Positions 37,909 to 51,711 of a DNA stretch of 64,000 nucleotides are shown one piece after another. Under the pieces are notes generated by a model. It had not been told where the DNA came from, did not search any database, and saw only the letters and a list, made by a program, of their open reading frames with translations. How positions within the stretch are numbered: position 1 is the stretch's first letter; each line of letters starts with the position of its first letter. The DNA lies in NCBI GenBank assembly GCA_973895155.1, contig OZ316898.1:17288752-17352751 (forward strand). Reading direction: 5' to 3'. Source of the stretch: Marsupella aquatica. Taxonomy: Eukaryota; Plantae; Marchantiophyta. The position numbers and the translations under genes are program-made.

Positions 37909-39519
37909 ATCGGAGCTGATGGTGGGCGGCTTGAGCAGCAGTCGTATCCCCGTTGGAATACAGTGGTGCAACTGATGGAAGAAGAATGAAAAGCCGGTTG
38001 TGGTGGTCTTGATTGTGGTGATGCTGTAAGCAGGATGGCCTTACGATTTGGTGCAGATGCGGCCTAGTTCGCTGGGTTTATTATATTTCTGTCACAGGGA
38101 GATCGTCAGGAGCAATTACTCACGACAGGTCAGCAGGGGTGGGATCGAGTGATGGTGGTGACGCAACCAGCTGCATACGATTCACGCTGAGGAGAGATAA
38201 ATAGGACATTAGCATCTGAATCCCCCTTCTTCATTGCAGCTGCTGCTGCTTCTCGATTGAAGCAGCTCGCTCGCAATCGCAGGTTGGAGCTACTCCTGGT
38301 GCTGCTTTGCTGCCGCACTGGCGATTGCACGCGCACAATCCATGCATTGCTGTGAGCTAGCTAGCCAGCTCGATCCGAATTGCAGGAGCCTGCCATTGCT
38401 GGCCGAAGAGGCTTAATTGCGGAGATCGAAAGAATACAAGAGAGGCTCTTCTAATTAAGCTTGGATCGACTTTCGGGCGAGACGACGAACGAAAAATAAT
38501 GGTGTGAAACGTGACCAGCCAGTCAGCCAGTCACTCGGGCGAGTGTCAAGCGGTGCTGTGCTTGTTGCAATGATATAATACGATCCACGATAGCTGCGAG
38601 CTGCGGATGATCGGTCCACAAAGGTGCGTAATGCGTCTACACTCCTCGTTGTCGTTGTTCGACTGTAATTTGAGAGAGGACGAGAGAGAGAGAAAGAGAA
38701 CCGGGGAGAGAACCAATGAAAGGAACGATCGATCATCACGTCGACGAGGTCTCAATACGTGGAGCATTGCGATCGAAAGTATAGTGTTCGCTGGGCGATT
38801 CTGACATAGCTGTCGAAGGGCACGAATGTGTGTTTGTGGGCGAAGGGAACACACAGGTCCCCAGGCTCGAGCTGAGCGTAAGCTTTCGGTGCTGGATGCA
38901 TGATCGATCGTTAGCTGTTTGCCAATGCATTGAAAAGCGGGATTCGCTTCCTCCGTTGGAACTACCCCTTGCTAACTAACTTGCGTGCTGATTTTGAGAG
39001 GAGAGGAAATGCATAAATCATTGAATGTGGCCTCATGCCAGATATTGGTCGGATTTAGACGGGCCGAAAGGGGAGGTAAAGGAGGACAATGTGACTATTG
39101 TGTGCGCGAGCGAATCACTGCTTAGATTGTGTTCGACTCGTTGCTCGTGAGTCTAGCTTTTTGGTTTGAATTCCATGACTCTTTTCCTGACGTGGACTTT
39201 CTTCATCGTGGTCCCTTTGTCGACAGGTCTGGCCGTGGTTTACGAGGGCGGAAGGGAAGAAGGCTTTGTAAATCTCCCTGGGCGCTGCCCGTTCGCCGTT
39301 TTTTGCTCGAGAACTTATGTAGAGTCTTTAGTTGCCATCTAGAGTCTTTAGTTGCCATCGCCCCATTCAGCTTCTCGTATTGACCATATTTATCACCCTT
39401 CAAGTGAGCGACAGCTTGGAACGAGTCATCAATCGATCAGCGTCATTCCTGATCTCACATTACAGCATCTCCTCTCGATCAGCGAGTGGTAGCAACACTG
39501 GTTATTAGGGGGGGTGGAA

Positions 39520-42500
39520 ATGGAGAGGCTTACGTTGAGAGGCGCTGTAATTACTCGGGCAAGTCCCGTTTCTGGAAGTCAGAAGCAAGTCACGAGTACC
39601 TTCTCGGCTAGTGAAGCTGTAAACAGCAGCATGAGGATAGGTCTTTCGTCGGCTGCTGCAGCGTCTTCGACAGCACAGAGAGCCTTTGAAAAAATGACCC
39701 TGACTTCGTCCGGTTGCCTCCAATGTGCGAGTTCCCAATCGGAATTTCTTCAATCTTCGACTACGAGAAGATCACGGCAAATGCTCCCCACTTCGACTAG
39801 TGCCTCGCCTTCGTCAAGATCCTCTTGTACTGCTTCTCTGCAAACCGGAAGTCGGAACCGGAGCTGCCTGTTTACAGCTGCACGACTGTCTCGCTCTGAA
39901 ATTAGCACCGGGGTAATCTCTGCAGCTCGGAGAAATCTGCTAGGAATTAGGCATCATGGTGAAGAGATGGGAAAGAAGAGGATTTCCGCTGGGGAATGCA
40001 GGGCTGCGGCCTCTAATATGAGTATGAGAGATACCGCATTAGATCTCTCCACAGTCCCCCTTCTGGAACTGCTTTGCTCCGAGAGGGCCAAGGTCCTGCT
40101 GCTGACAGCATTTGGCATGGCTCTCTGTAATGCGGTGCGGGTGGTGATGTCGGTGGCCATTCTTCCCATGGCAGCTAGCTACGGCTGGAGCACAAGCTTC
40201 GGTGGAATCGTTCAGGTGCGCGCAATTCATGTTCAGAATTCCGGAGACTTCTCATCACTTCTAGTCCCAATAGATGGAATTTTTCCTCTTAGCCTTATTC
40301 TAGTCGCATATCGTCTTGATTCCTTGCTTACTCGCCGTTGCAATTTGCTCTTTTTGACAACAAGAGCTGGCGTGTCGGTTGAGTAGTGAGAGCAGACTCT
40401 CGGCTCAACGATATATTGGCTTTCACACAGTTACAACTCACTGAAGAGAGTGCGAGGAAATCCGTCGTTGATGACAAGTTTGACAAAATTAAGCTCTTGA
40501 AAAGACCAAAACCGGTCATGTTGGTTGTCTTAGATTCAAACATACAACATATAGATCCAAACATTCCTTTGGAGGCTGTTCTGTCAAAATTCAGCTGAAG
40601 AATTGCCGGATAAGGAAACAACTAAACTAAATGAGATTGTTTGGTCACGCAGTCTTCGTTCCTATGGGGTTATTTGATCTCCCCAATCGCTGGAGGAATG
40701 CTGGCCGACCGGTATGGCGGCAAAGTGGTGATGGCATGGGGTGCAGCGTCATGGTCGGTAGCTACACTCCTGACTCCCTGGGCTGCCAAGCACTCCATGA
40801 CCATGCTGCTCACTGTGCGAGTGCTCATGGGGGTTGCCGAGGGCGTGGCAATGCCTTGCATGAACAACATGCTCTGCAAGTAATCCTCTCTGGCTGTGTC
40901 TTTGTCTCTCGGGCGTAATTATGAAAAGTGAATGCTTACTCACCTGCCCACTCACCTGTCAAAAGGTTGACGATAGACTGTTAGACAATGCATGCTTCAA
41001 TTACCGAAGCAAGAATTATGCACTAGTACTGAGTTGATTCTTACCTGAAAATGTATGGCAGGTGGTTCCCTCGTTGGGAAAGATCTAGAGCAGTTGGATT
41101 GACCATGGCTGGATTTCACCTCGGAAGCGTGGCAGCATTGCTGCTGTCTCCGGGTCTGTTGAAGAACTTTGGTGTGTCTGGACCCTTCTGGATATTCGGA
41201 ACGTTGGGGTTTCTGTGGCTGGCAATTTGGTGCCCATTCATCTCCAAAGACCCACAGAGCAGTCAGCATGTCACGAGGTCTGAGTTTTCATACATTTTTC
41301 GTGGGCAGGACCACCTTGAAGCTTGCCCCACCAAACAGTCAGTTGGAAACAGCAACCAAAAGGGCCTTCAACGGCCACCTCTCGGTCTAATATTCTCCAA
41401 GTTACCCACATGGGCCATCATCACTGCAAATTCTATGAACAACTGGGTAAGCATCCTCTTCCGCCTGTGCTACTATGGCAATGTTATGCCGAAATTTTGC
41501 CGACAGATCTTTCGGAATTGAGCTATATGAGTAACAGGAGTAAGAAGAAATTGTTCTCTTTTTCTCCTTGGGCAAGGAAGATTTTCACGAATTCCTGAAC
41601 TTTCCAGCTGCTCAATAGTATAGAGACACACCTCTGAGTTGACATCACTGACAATTGCAATTACTGGAGATTTGTTTCCGATCTGGCCCATATGATAGAA
41701 GTGACAACGTTTGCCCAGCTACAGAAGTAATTTGCCCTGCAGATTGCCATAGAGAGAAGTTTGTTACATAGTAGGACTTCTCTCATCCGTTTCGTCAATT
41801 TCCAGAGACAGTCACTTGCGAGACCTTATTGACATGATTGGTGGTGGACTTTTGCTCTGTATTGAAACATTGAACAGGGTTACTTCATTCTTCTTTCGTG
41901 GATGCCTGTGTACTTCAGTACGGTACGATTTTCATCTTTGACACCAACCAATCCTTTGATACCTTTGATAGTCGCACTGACTCGAGCGGCTGTGAGAAAA
42001 TTGGCAATTTAGTTACACTCTTCGAATTGGCAAAACTTAGAATTTGAGATTCTAATTTGGTTTCCATATATAGGCCATGTCGCCTCCATGTGCAGTTTTT
42101 CACAATGTCCTTGGAAGAAAGCCCTAGAACCACAGCAAGTACACAGAGAGAGTGGAGACCAAACTTGCGTGTGTGACTTTCTGACGTTTGCTTGAGTGAA
42201 TGCAAATTGTACTGGCGTACCAACATCCATGCTAACCTGTTCCAGCTCGGTGGGTTGGTTCGACAGGTATTGGGCGTGAATTTGCGCCAGGCAGCATGGT
42301 TCAGTGCCGCTCCCTGGGCTGTGATGGCTGGGGTGGGCTTAGTTGCTGGTACTTGTTCAGATTATCTTATTAAGCTCGGCATCAGCATTACCACTGTGCG
42401 CAAAATTACGCAGGTAATGGTTGTCTGCAATTATGTTTCACTGAGCTCTTAATTCATGCCATCACTCTCACCATTAAAGCAATAGAAACTGAAATCTGTC

Positions 42501-45500
42501 CAGTTCACATCGTATTCAACAGGACGGGTTTGAAAGAATTCCAAATGTTAGTAATCAATTTCATTGTCCCAATAATGGATCTGACAGCACACGTACAGTA
42601 CGTAGTGATTGGTTCCAGTTCACAAACCATTCATCTCGTCCTTGAGTTCCCAATAACGAATGCAATTACAGGAATAGACAGAAGTGTGGATCAGTAATCA
42701 ATCCCAAGTTTTGAGTAGTAGAAGGGACAGTTAAAATACCTTTTTCGCTCGTTACTTTAAGGATAGTTGTAAGGACCGTCATGCAAACCGGTGGAACTGC
42801 TATGTCATCCATGTCAATTACTATTGCTCAATATATCTCGAGGATGCCAAAAGGAATGCATGGACTGCTGAGTTGGACGAGGGAGGGTTCAGCAATTTGG
42901 AAAGTAGTTCCTTTGCAGTCTGTGCCTGGATTGCTACTGGCCTGGATGGCTACTGGTGGAGCTGATTTAATTAGAAGGCCGGAAAAGGGGTCTGTGGTTT
43001 AGTCCCTTTAGGTAGGACCCAAACTCAGTTTTTGGCAAGAGGTAGTAGCAACCGACGCACGATCCGACGAAAGGGTTAATCAACGGGGAATGCGTGATTG
43101 ACTCAGGCTGAAGCTCGTGGACAGGTTTGAGGATGAATTATTTGCTGAGCTGGTAGAACACGATCATGTGGAAAGGACTCAGCATGCAGGGCGGGCATGG
43201 ATGCAATTATAGACGACTGGAATATTTTTTCACTCAGCTGCTGTGTTGGATCTGTCCTGTTCATGCAGTCCGTGGGCTTCCTGGGCCCGGCTGCAGCGCT
43301 TCTCCAACTGAATACCGTGACGGATCCGACAATTGCGTCGTTGTGGCTCACTGCTGCTCTCGGTCTCAGCGCCTTCAGCCAGGCCGGCTTCCTCGTGAAC
43401 CATCAGGTCGGTTCACAACCCCATAAGATCTCCACAGAACTCTCTCCACTCTTCGCTTGGCTTGGCTTGGCTTGTTTATTGACCCCATGAATATGAGTGT
43501 CACTGTACCCGTCTGCATTTTCTTGATTGCCGATCGAAAGAAAAGAAAGGGGTTAAACTTTAAAGTTTAGGAAGGTTTGCTCTGCGGTCTCCCCAACATT
43601 TTCGAACGTGTGTGGCTCGGTCGGAGAGAATTGCAAGGCAATTGATTAGCATAAAACTCCATTGTGATGACTGGGCTCACCATGTTGTTTCCTTGCATGA
43701 TTATGTTTCTTGGGTATTCGATGAATTGGACTAGAAAGGAAACAAAATACCGTCTTCCATTTTGCTTTCCCTTCGACTTGCTTGACTGTTTCATGTCTCA
43801 AAACCTGGCACATAGCCTACGTCACCGAAGCTGAATATACCAATTCACCAGAATGAGACCCGCCCACCACCTATCAAGCCAAAATATGCTGATGTTTTTT
43901 AGCTTTTCTTTAGTCGATTGGTATGATCGTGGTGGGTGAGCCGGGCTCATACCAAAATATAGTTGGTGCAACTGGCGAGCGCGTGGGTCTGTTTTCGGCA
44001 AGCGACCAGCGGGAAGCATGGGGACCACTTTAGATGCAATTGGATAATACTGGCTGCTTCCATGTACTCGATCATAGACGGGTCCCACCCCTTCCACACA
44101 CACAAAATAATAATCGATCACCAGCATGCAGTGTGTGTGCCCCTTGCATCTAGCAAAGGTACTGAAGACGCCCAAGTGGCTTGTCTTAACACAAACGCCA
44201 CGAAGACCGAAGAAGTAGCAGGAATATAGCTGACTCGTCGCTGTTGTTCTCTAAGTCCTCGTATCACCAATATGCTGCGCGGCTTGGAAGATTCCTACCC
44301 CCTTCTTAGGCTCTCTCTTCAGCATCTGCCAGTCGCCTGCGGCCTACCTTCCGACCTGTTTCGGCCGATCGTGCCCCCGAATTCCGAAAATTAAGTTCAA
44401 TCGTTGTCAAAAAGTTCTTGCGTCCGTCCTCGAATAGAATCTTCCAGTGATGCTTACTACACTCAACAGTGGACGAAGTGAGGATAAAACCATTTCACAT
44501 ACAATTAAAAGCTTCGACGGGGAGAAAACTCTCGAACTGTTTGCTGTGGAAATCAGTAGAAATCACGTGACTAGGATGAGCGATGTTTAATTTGGCACGC
44601 AACTAAATGGTTTACATTGATGTGGAACTTCGATTTAAGTCAGGTCAGTTCATTAATGTCTGATCGGTGTTGCTCTCTTGTGGCGCAGGAAATCGCACCG
44701 AGATACGCTGGATTCCTTCATGGTACTTTTGCCTAGTGCACACCCACACACACACGCACACACACATAGACATACCCCACGGATGATGATTCTTTACCTT
44801 AACCTAGTGTAGTACCTCTGGGCATGATACTTGGTTCTGACCCTGAACCTTCAGAGCCAGATCTCTTCCCTTTACACTTCAGGACATAAACTATGTTTCC
44901 TTCAATGTTGTGCAGTCATCAATGGCCTGCTCTCCTCAGTGTCAGGCCTAACACTCCAAGCTCTCTCCTCTTGAGTCTTCCTTTCTTAGCCTTGCACCTG
45001 GGTCAAAGCTTGATCTCTTTAGTCTTAACCCTTTTGTTCCTTAGGTCTTTGGTGCTCTTCACCCTAGCTTTAACCAGTTCCTTGAGGCTTGTGTACTCTT
45101 CAGTATTGAGCAGAGGCCTTATCCCCTGTTTCTGTCCTCCCAATGCTCTTTTGATAGAGTTTGTCTTCATAGAGCCCAGGCTGTGGGCCTCTAGATAGAT
45201 TGCGTTGTCCCCTGTTTCTGCTCTTTTGATAGAGTTTGTCTTCATAGAACCCAGGCTGTTGGTTTCAGGGCCTCTAGATAGATTGCGTTGTCCCCTGTTT
45301 CTGTCCTCATGACTCTCTTTTGATAGAGTTTGTCTTCATAGAGCCCAGGCTGTTGGTTTTAGGGCCTCTAGATAGATTCCTCTTCTTGACTCTCTCCAAT
45401 GCGGTTTACTCAGAGCTCTCGCCATTGGGCTGTTTGTGAGCCAGTTTGGCACCCTACCCTCCTGCTTCAGGCTAGGTCACATGCACTGCCCGGCTAGTCC

Positions 45501-48500
45501 CACTGTTTGTAAACCCCTCATACTTTTTTCTTTGTATTTCTATCAATGGTTATGACCCACTGCCGGTGATGACCCACTACCGTACCCACCCCCCCCCCCC
45601 CCCACGGCCTTAGGATTACATCCCATAATCCCCTGGGGGCCATGGGTTACCCTACACAATAACCTCCAGCCACAGTTTGAAGCGCATCTCTGTGCTTTTG
45701 CTGCTGTGGAGATGTCCAATCATCACTGATACAGCAGATCACAGCCGCCAGTCAGTCTTGACTGGCGCACTGCCACTAGGTTTTGGGAGTGCAGCATTGT
45801 CGAGAGAGATTTGCTTGGTGGGACCTCAATGGAAAGGTGCCGACTAGACCAGACCCAGAAAGTCAAAAATGGAGGGGGACTACATTGGGGTGTTATGACC
45901 CTGCGTGTGGAACACTGCTCCTGCCAAATCACTCCAGATGGCCCCAATAGTGGTCCATTTGTATTTTTCAGGGCAATTTGGGAGGACAATACCCCCTCAA
46001 GATTTGGATCACCACTTTACTCTACTTTTACTAAAGTTAGAAAAAACAAAAATCTCTCAAGCCTGTAAGGGTAGTAAGGTACTGTTTTGGGAGCATCATG
46101 GGCAATAATAGCCCCCCATAACTCAAGCTGAAGCTCTCCCTTTTTGGGGCATTATCTCCCATAATGCCCTCTAAACAGTACTTCTTTTACTGTATACAGA
46201 GTGTTGTTATCACAAGACAGACAGTCTTCCACTCAAATCGGTGGGCCTGGTATGCCTACCTCTAAAAAATTGGGTACATCCACCTCCGCGCTCAGGACTA
46301 GTTACTTGTAGCTTTGAGTGCAAGTTTGAGATACTTGTTGTCCACCCAATTCCCGTCTGAGAGGTGGTGAGGAATGGCCTTAGTAAGCAACCCACACGAC
46401 CTGAGACTGTCCTGACTGAAATGAAATCCTCCGGGATTGAATCTCGGTCAGTCTTGAGCATGGCATATAGGAAATGCTGATGCTTTTGCAGCGACTTCGA
46501 GTGACTAAAATGAAATCCTCCGGGATTGAATCTCGGTCAGTCTTGAGCATGGCATATATGAAATGCTGATGCTTTTGCAGCGACTTCGAGTTACTGCTTT
46601 GCACCAGGGGCCCTTGAGGTGGAAGTAGAACATGAGGACCATTGGGAAGCAGCAGTGACTAGAGAACCTCAACCAATCTGAGTCTGACCTTGCACTTCAT
46701 ATCCCTAATTCTGCGTGAGGACTTTGGGTTCAACAAGTCAGCTGGATCGAAGCTCGTTAGCTTCGCCAGTGAGAATCAACCTCGCCGGGAAGCAGTGAAT
46801 GGAATTCCTTCTTTCTACTTTTCTCCCACACGTTCTCGCATACTTGGTCTTGCACCCTCAGAAGCTGCCCTCATCCTTTGCCATGACATGACTGTTGATA
46901 CGAAGGTCTGAAATAGCCAATTCTTCTGGGCTCTGAAGCTTAGTTGGATTACCTTTGTCAATCCGACGTTCACTCATCTGCGGTGATGGTGGCGGGCTTC
47001 TAATCTTTCTTCTAGATGGTAAGAAGCCTCTAGAGATGGAAGAGAAGTGTGCAGCCCTTTGTTGGACTTTCCAATACAGGCTCCAAAATCTAAGTTGCCT
47101 TTGACTGGACTATCTTTCTCCAACTCTTGCAATACAACTTGTGTTTACAGAGATACCTTGCAAGATTCCAAAAGACGGCAAACTGGTGCTGCTCTGTGTA
47201 GTAGAGATGAAGGTCAGGTTGATCTGAATCTCGGACCGTAGACCAAGCTCCCAGGATCTAGATTTTGCCCTACGAAGGAAATAATTTCCTTCCAAACCAG
47301 TGGCACAGATACTATCCAAACATGTGGAGGAGATAAGCAGATGCGCTCATTTATGCGTTTGGAGAGATAAAGGCTCTCTCCTCCCTTTCGAGCTAGCTGG
47401 ATTCTATAAGATTGGACTAAAACGTTTTGAGCTGTAAATCCACGAATCCATGTACAGCACATGGCAGTTGAAGCACTGTAAAGGCATTGGGCCATAAGTG
47501 TAGTAAAGTTCAATTGGGCATACGCGAGCATGCACTTGAAAAGCATTGTGCAATGAATATAGTAAAGTTCAATTGGACAAGCTGGCATGCACTTTAGAAG
47601 GAGTGGGCAATGAATACAGTGCAGCTCAATTTCCATAAGTGCACAAGGAGACCTCAGAAGGAACTTGGAAGAGTTAAGCTTGTTGCCCCCACCTGAAAGG
47701 GTCAGAATTCATTTAAACTCTGGAAATAATCATTAAGATCCATCACGGGAAGTTGAAGGCAACGTTCCAAGTCCTCTTCCGTATCGAATGAAAAGCAGGA
47801 GTGTAAATTCCAGAGGGAAAAGATGTTTGCAGTGATGAAATAGAGTGGGTCGGAGGGGCCGGTAGAGGAACTGCAGAGAGAATGAGTTGTGGCTTGAGCG
47901 TAGATGAGAATGTGGGAACATCCGAATCTGGTTCCACTGGCTTGGAACTGGATTGTAATTCTGTTTGAGAGAATGTGTTGATCAATTCATTCTGTTGCGC
48001 TAAATTCCAACTCAGCCTCAACCTCCAGAACTGACGAGAAGGGGATGATGCGGAAACGTGAAAATGAAGAAACGTGCTTGATTTTAGAGCAGTAGACTCT
48101 GCAATTTACTTTCTCGAAAGACGTAAGGAGAAGTTCCTCTTTCCCTATGGAAGGACGTGTTCTCCCCAACTGTCTTTGCAAGACTACAGCTCTCTATGAG
48201 ACGTGCGAAAAGATCAGCTTCGGAAGTTACGTATAGAAGTGCAATAAGTCTGCTTGCTTGCCCTATCGATCCATCTGGAAACTTTTCGAGTCGAAAGATC
48301 TGGGCTCTTTCCACCTTGGTCTCCACTGTCCCGGTGATGGATAATTTTATACCCACAGCGTTAGTTAACAGAACCAAACAAGATAGCGAGCTGTTTCTGT
48401 AGAAGCGATATAGCTGTGGTCTTCCTCGAGTACCTCACGAGGAATTATGCAAACAGAACTGAAGTCCTTGCTAACTGAAGCCATTCATTTAGCCACTGTT

Positions 48501-48745
48501 AATTGCTCATTAAGTAGCGTCTCTGTGCCTGGCGCACGCTAACAAAGTTCTCGTCCGTTGTCTTCTCTGCAGGCGTGTCGAATTCTGGTGGGACCCTCGC
48601 GGCAATCATCAGTACCGTGGGAACAGGTTTCTTCATTGAACGTCTGGGCTCTTTTCAGGCTGTCTTGACCCTGACGTCCATCCTCTACATCGTCAGCGCT
48701 GTGTTCTGGATTTGCACGGCCTCGGGAGAGCGAATCATCAACTGA
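39520..48745 (+). CDS. PHT4: PHT4 (ANTR) family SLC17/MFS anion-phosphate transporter, PHT4;2/4;3 clade, probable plastid transit peptide, 614 aa
   Basis: Exons 39520-40215, 40653-40879, 41062-41446, 41878-41922, 42267-42413, 43269-43406, 44689-44722 and 48573-48745 join in frame (1845 nt). Motifs: SSFLWGY, DRYGGK, GVAEGVAMP, WFP.WERSRAVG, GYFILLSWMPVYF, QEIAPRYAG. N-terminus is Ser/Thr/Arg-rich. Confidence 0.93.
44800..48420 (-). mobile_element. Decayed insertions in PHT4 intron 7, including a possible LINE relic and tandem repeats (45140-45380, 46415-46590)
   Basis: The 3.85-kb intron contains broken coding-like frames; ITGTVETKVE (~48330) weakly resembles an APE endonuclease motif. Confidence 0.3.
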
Positions 48746-50076
48746 AGAACCTCAATCGATCCTCTCCAGTACTTCAGTCAAACTCAAGCACATTTTTATT
48801 GTCAAATTGGATGGAGTCTTGGAACGTACAGCACATCACATCAGCTCAGCTTCGATGCGGACTCGTGAGAATAAGTCTTGTCCAGGCTCAACACTTCGTT
48901 ACCTTTGATCGAAAGGACTTTTTGTCTCAAGCCAATTCTCCATTCTAGTTCCCAAAAATAAACCTTGGCCAACTCCCTTACTCATCTCATCATCTTCCCT
49001 GAGCATTCCTCTATCAATAGCCTTTTTCAATTTTGGGGTGGAGCTAATTTCAAACTCTTCCTCTGAAAACCCTTCACCCCACCGAAGCTGGTAACAACTA
49101 TCGAAGCCGCCATACTTACGCCTGCTTTCTTTTCCATACAAACACGAATGTGCATATTAGACAGTCCCCACTTCGACACTATTAGAACAGGCCATTAATC
49201 GGCTCATATTTGTACATAATTGTTTCCTAAAATCTTGCCGAATTGGACGGCAGATATAAAGAAGTGGATCCTTCGTTAGTTCAGTGAATCCTTCTGAAGC
49301 GGTTGTCGAATGTCCGAATGCACTGTTTCAAGCTTATTTTGTCTCCAAGGATTCTGAAATCACGAAGATCATCTGTATTAAGGGGCTCTGTGATGCCATA
49401 GCCAAGAATCTGTTTGACCGATCAGTTTCAAGTTGGGTAAACTGTTGAAATCCCAACATTGGACTAATTCAGATGTTCGAAAATCTAGCGCCATTTAGAA
49501 TCCCTGTGTTCCGGAAGTGCGAGGATACGCACAAATTGCTCCCATGCAAATCAGGAAATGAGTACTTCCCTTCCGCTCAAGGGAAATCTGTCACACCGAT
49601 TCTGTTGAAATCTGAAACTGGGTTATAACTATAACTATTATCACAACTAAAGGGAAGCCTTGTCGTAGTACACATTCTAGATAAGTGTCGTCCCGAAATG
49701 TTGGCTACACTACATCTGTACTAAACACGAGTTTGATGTGTCCCTGACTTTAGAGTATGATCTTCCCCAGTTCGATGTTTCCCTGACTTCGTTTGGCGAC
49801 ACTTCTCCGTTCAACATTAGTCTCGTACTGGTTTACAACTGGAGATTGGAGCTTCAACTCAGGACATGACTAGAACACCACATGTACTGCGACACAAATC
49901 TCTTTGCAAGGGGGACATAACACTGATACGAGTACTACTCTTGTCCAAGCAGTTCGCTGCCCAGTAAGGTTGAAAGTAGACACACAGCGCTCAAGGGTCC
50001 CAAATCAGGCGGATTTCAAATCAGAGTTCTTACTAACATGTTATCTAGCACTAGGGAAGGTATATTACACCACAGA

Positions 50077-51174
50077 TCAGTCGAGCATCTTAGTCCAATC
50101 AAAAGGCTCCCACAATTTTAGAATCCTTTAACTTTAATCCTCTGCTGCTCGATTGAATCTTGCCTAAGATGGCCTTCTTATGGAAATTCCAACATACCAG
50201 CAACCACATCACAACCAAATTGTGGCTTGAAGCTGCTTTCGTCATCAATTACATGGCAGTATCCCTCCTTGGATACCAAACTTAAGATGGAAGTAACGGA
50301 AGTTTTTCGGGATGTTGTCCTGCCGTGTATCAATTGATTTCTTGGCATTATGATGGCTCCATTCATCTTCTGCTTCATGAATCGCCTGCGGAAAACTTAC
50401 CAAACAACTCTTATAAACTAACAATAACCAGCCACAAGATCCTGATTCCAATCTGCCTGTAGTTATATCATCCAGAGCAGTCTAGAATACACCAAGTTAC
50501 AAGATCTATTCTTCATACAGTTTTCGATGGGGAAACCTTGTTCTAGCATATGGAGTGAGAGCTTCCTCTATTTTAGTTCATGATACGACAGAGTACCGAA
50601 AGCGACAGAAATTCCTGTCTGTCACACGTTCTCAATTAAACATCTGCTGAGACTCTCAACGCTAGCTTCATTGCTTGCTGGCTGTATTAACGTCACTGAA
50701 CTACTACTCTGTCTCAATTTCGTCAGATCCGGATGCTTTAGCATGGATTGCAACAAAATTAGAGCAAGGAATTGCTTTCGAAGTTCTCAAACATCAGTCG
50801 CCAACGTCAACCGACAAATCAGGGGACCATGACAACCTGTCATTTCATTGTTCTGAAAAACTTAATGCTCCCGTAATTACTTACCCACAAACTAAGAACC
50901 CTCAAGCCAGATGGTAGGTAATGTCACAATGGCAAAACTGACTAAAACATCAAGAATCAAGTTACCATGATTGATTCAGAGCTTCAAGCTAGCTTACCTT
51001 CATAAAATACAATGTAGAACAGGAATGCATTCAATTAAAGAATGTCTGGTTGATGGCTGCTTCTCAAATTAGCACTCCCTTGACGTGGTCGCCAAACATC
51101 TGGACAAAGCACTTTTTGAAATTGCGCTACTATTGCCAAACGTTTTCATCCACATTTCGAGTTCCACCGTCGTG
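50077..51174 (-). pseudogene. CWF19L2: CWF19L2 (CwfJ C-terminal domains) pseudogene fragment: last two exons with the intron retained
   Basis: Exon 51174-50998 reads HDGGTRNVDENVWQ**RNFKKCFVQMF..RHSLIECIPV..LYFMK. Exon 50385-50077 reads AIHEAEDEWSHHNAKK..IPKNFRYFH..HVIDDESSF..GMLEFP*..WEPFDWTKMLD*. Multiple stops and deletions. Confidence 0.85.
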
Positions 51175-51711
51175 CTGCAGACAAAACGGAAATGCTCACA
51201 TCAGCAAGCGGGTATGTTGATAAAAATGAAATCAAACCATTAGAGATCACCAAAGCCAGGATGAACTCCTTGTACATTCTCAGATAACTATGCCGGTCCT
51301 GTGCAAATCATTTCCTGCATAGCTACATCAACGCTGCCGCGGGTAAACACTTCACTCGAGTAAAAAATATATCACCTGTTACTGTGTTTACCTGACACTA
51401 TTAAAATCAGTTACTAAAGTTTCATCCACATCGAAATGCACACTGTGAAGTGCGAGGAAGAATATCTTCTCATTGGTGGGTTATATCAGAAATTGACCAT
51501 AATTCTCGAGGCTGGAGATTGACTCTGAACTGTGCTAGTTCCAACAGAAGCAACCTTCCGCCTACATCCTATCCTAGACAACGACAGACATCACTACATG
51601 TACATTTCACGGAATACACCGGAACATTCGACAAAAATCTTTTATACAAAACTTACATCGGTTCCCTAATTTAGCACTTTATTGAAGAGTCTTGCAGAAG
51701 GACGAAGTTGC

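Noticed and set aside
39040-39058. GATATTGGTCGG resembles miR171*
   Set aside because: Partial match with no complementary arm.
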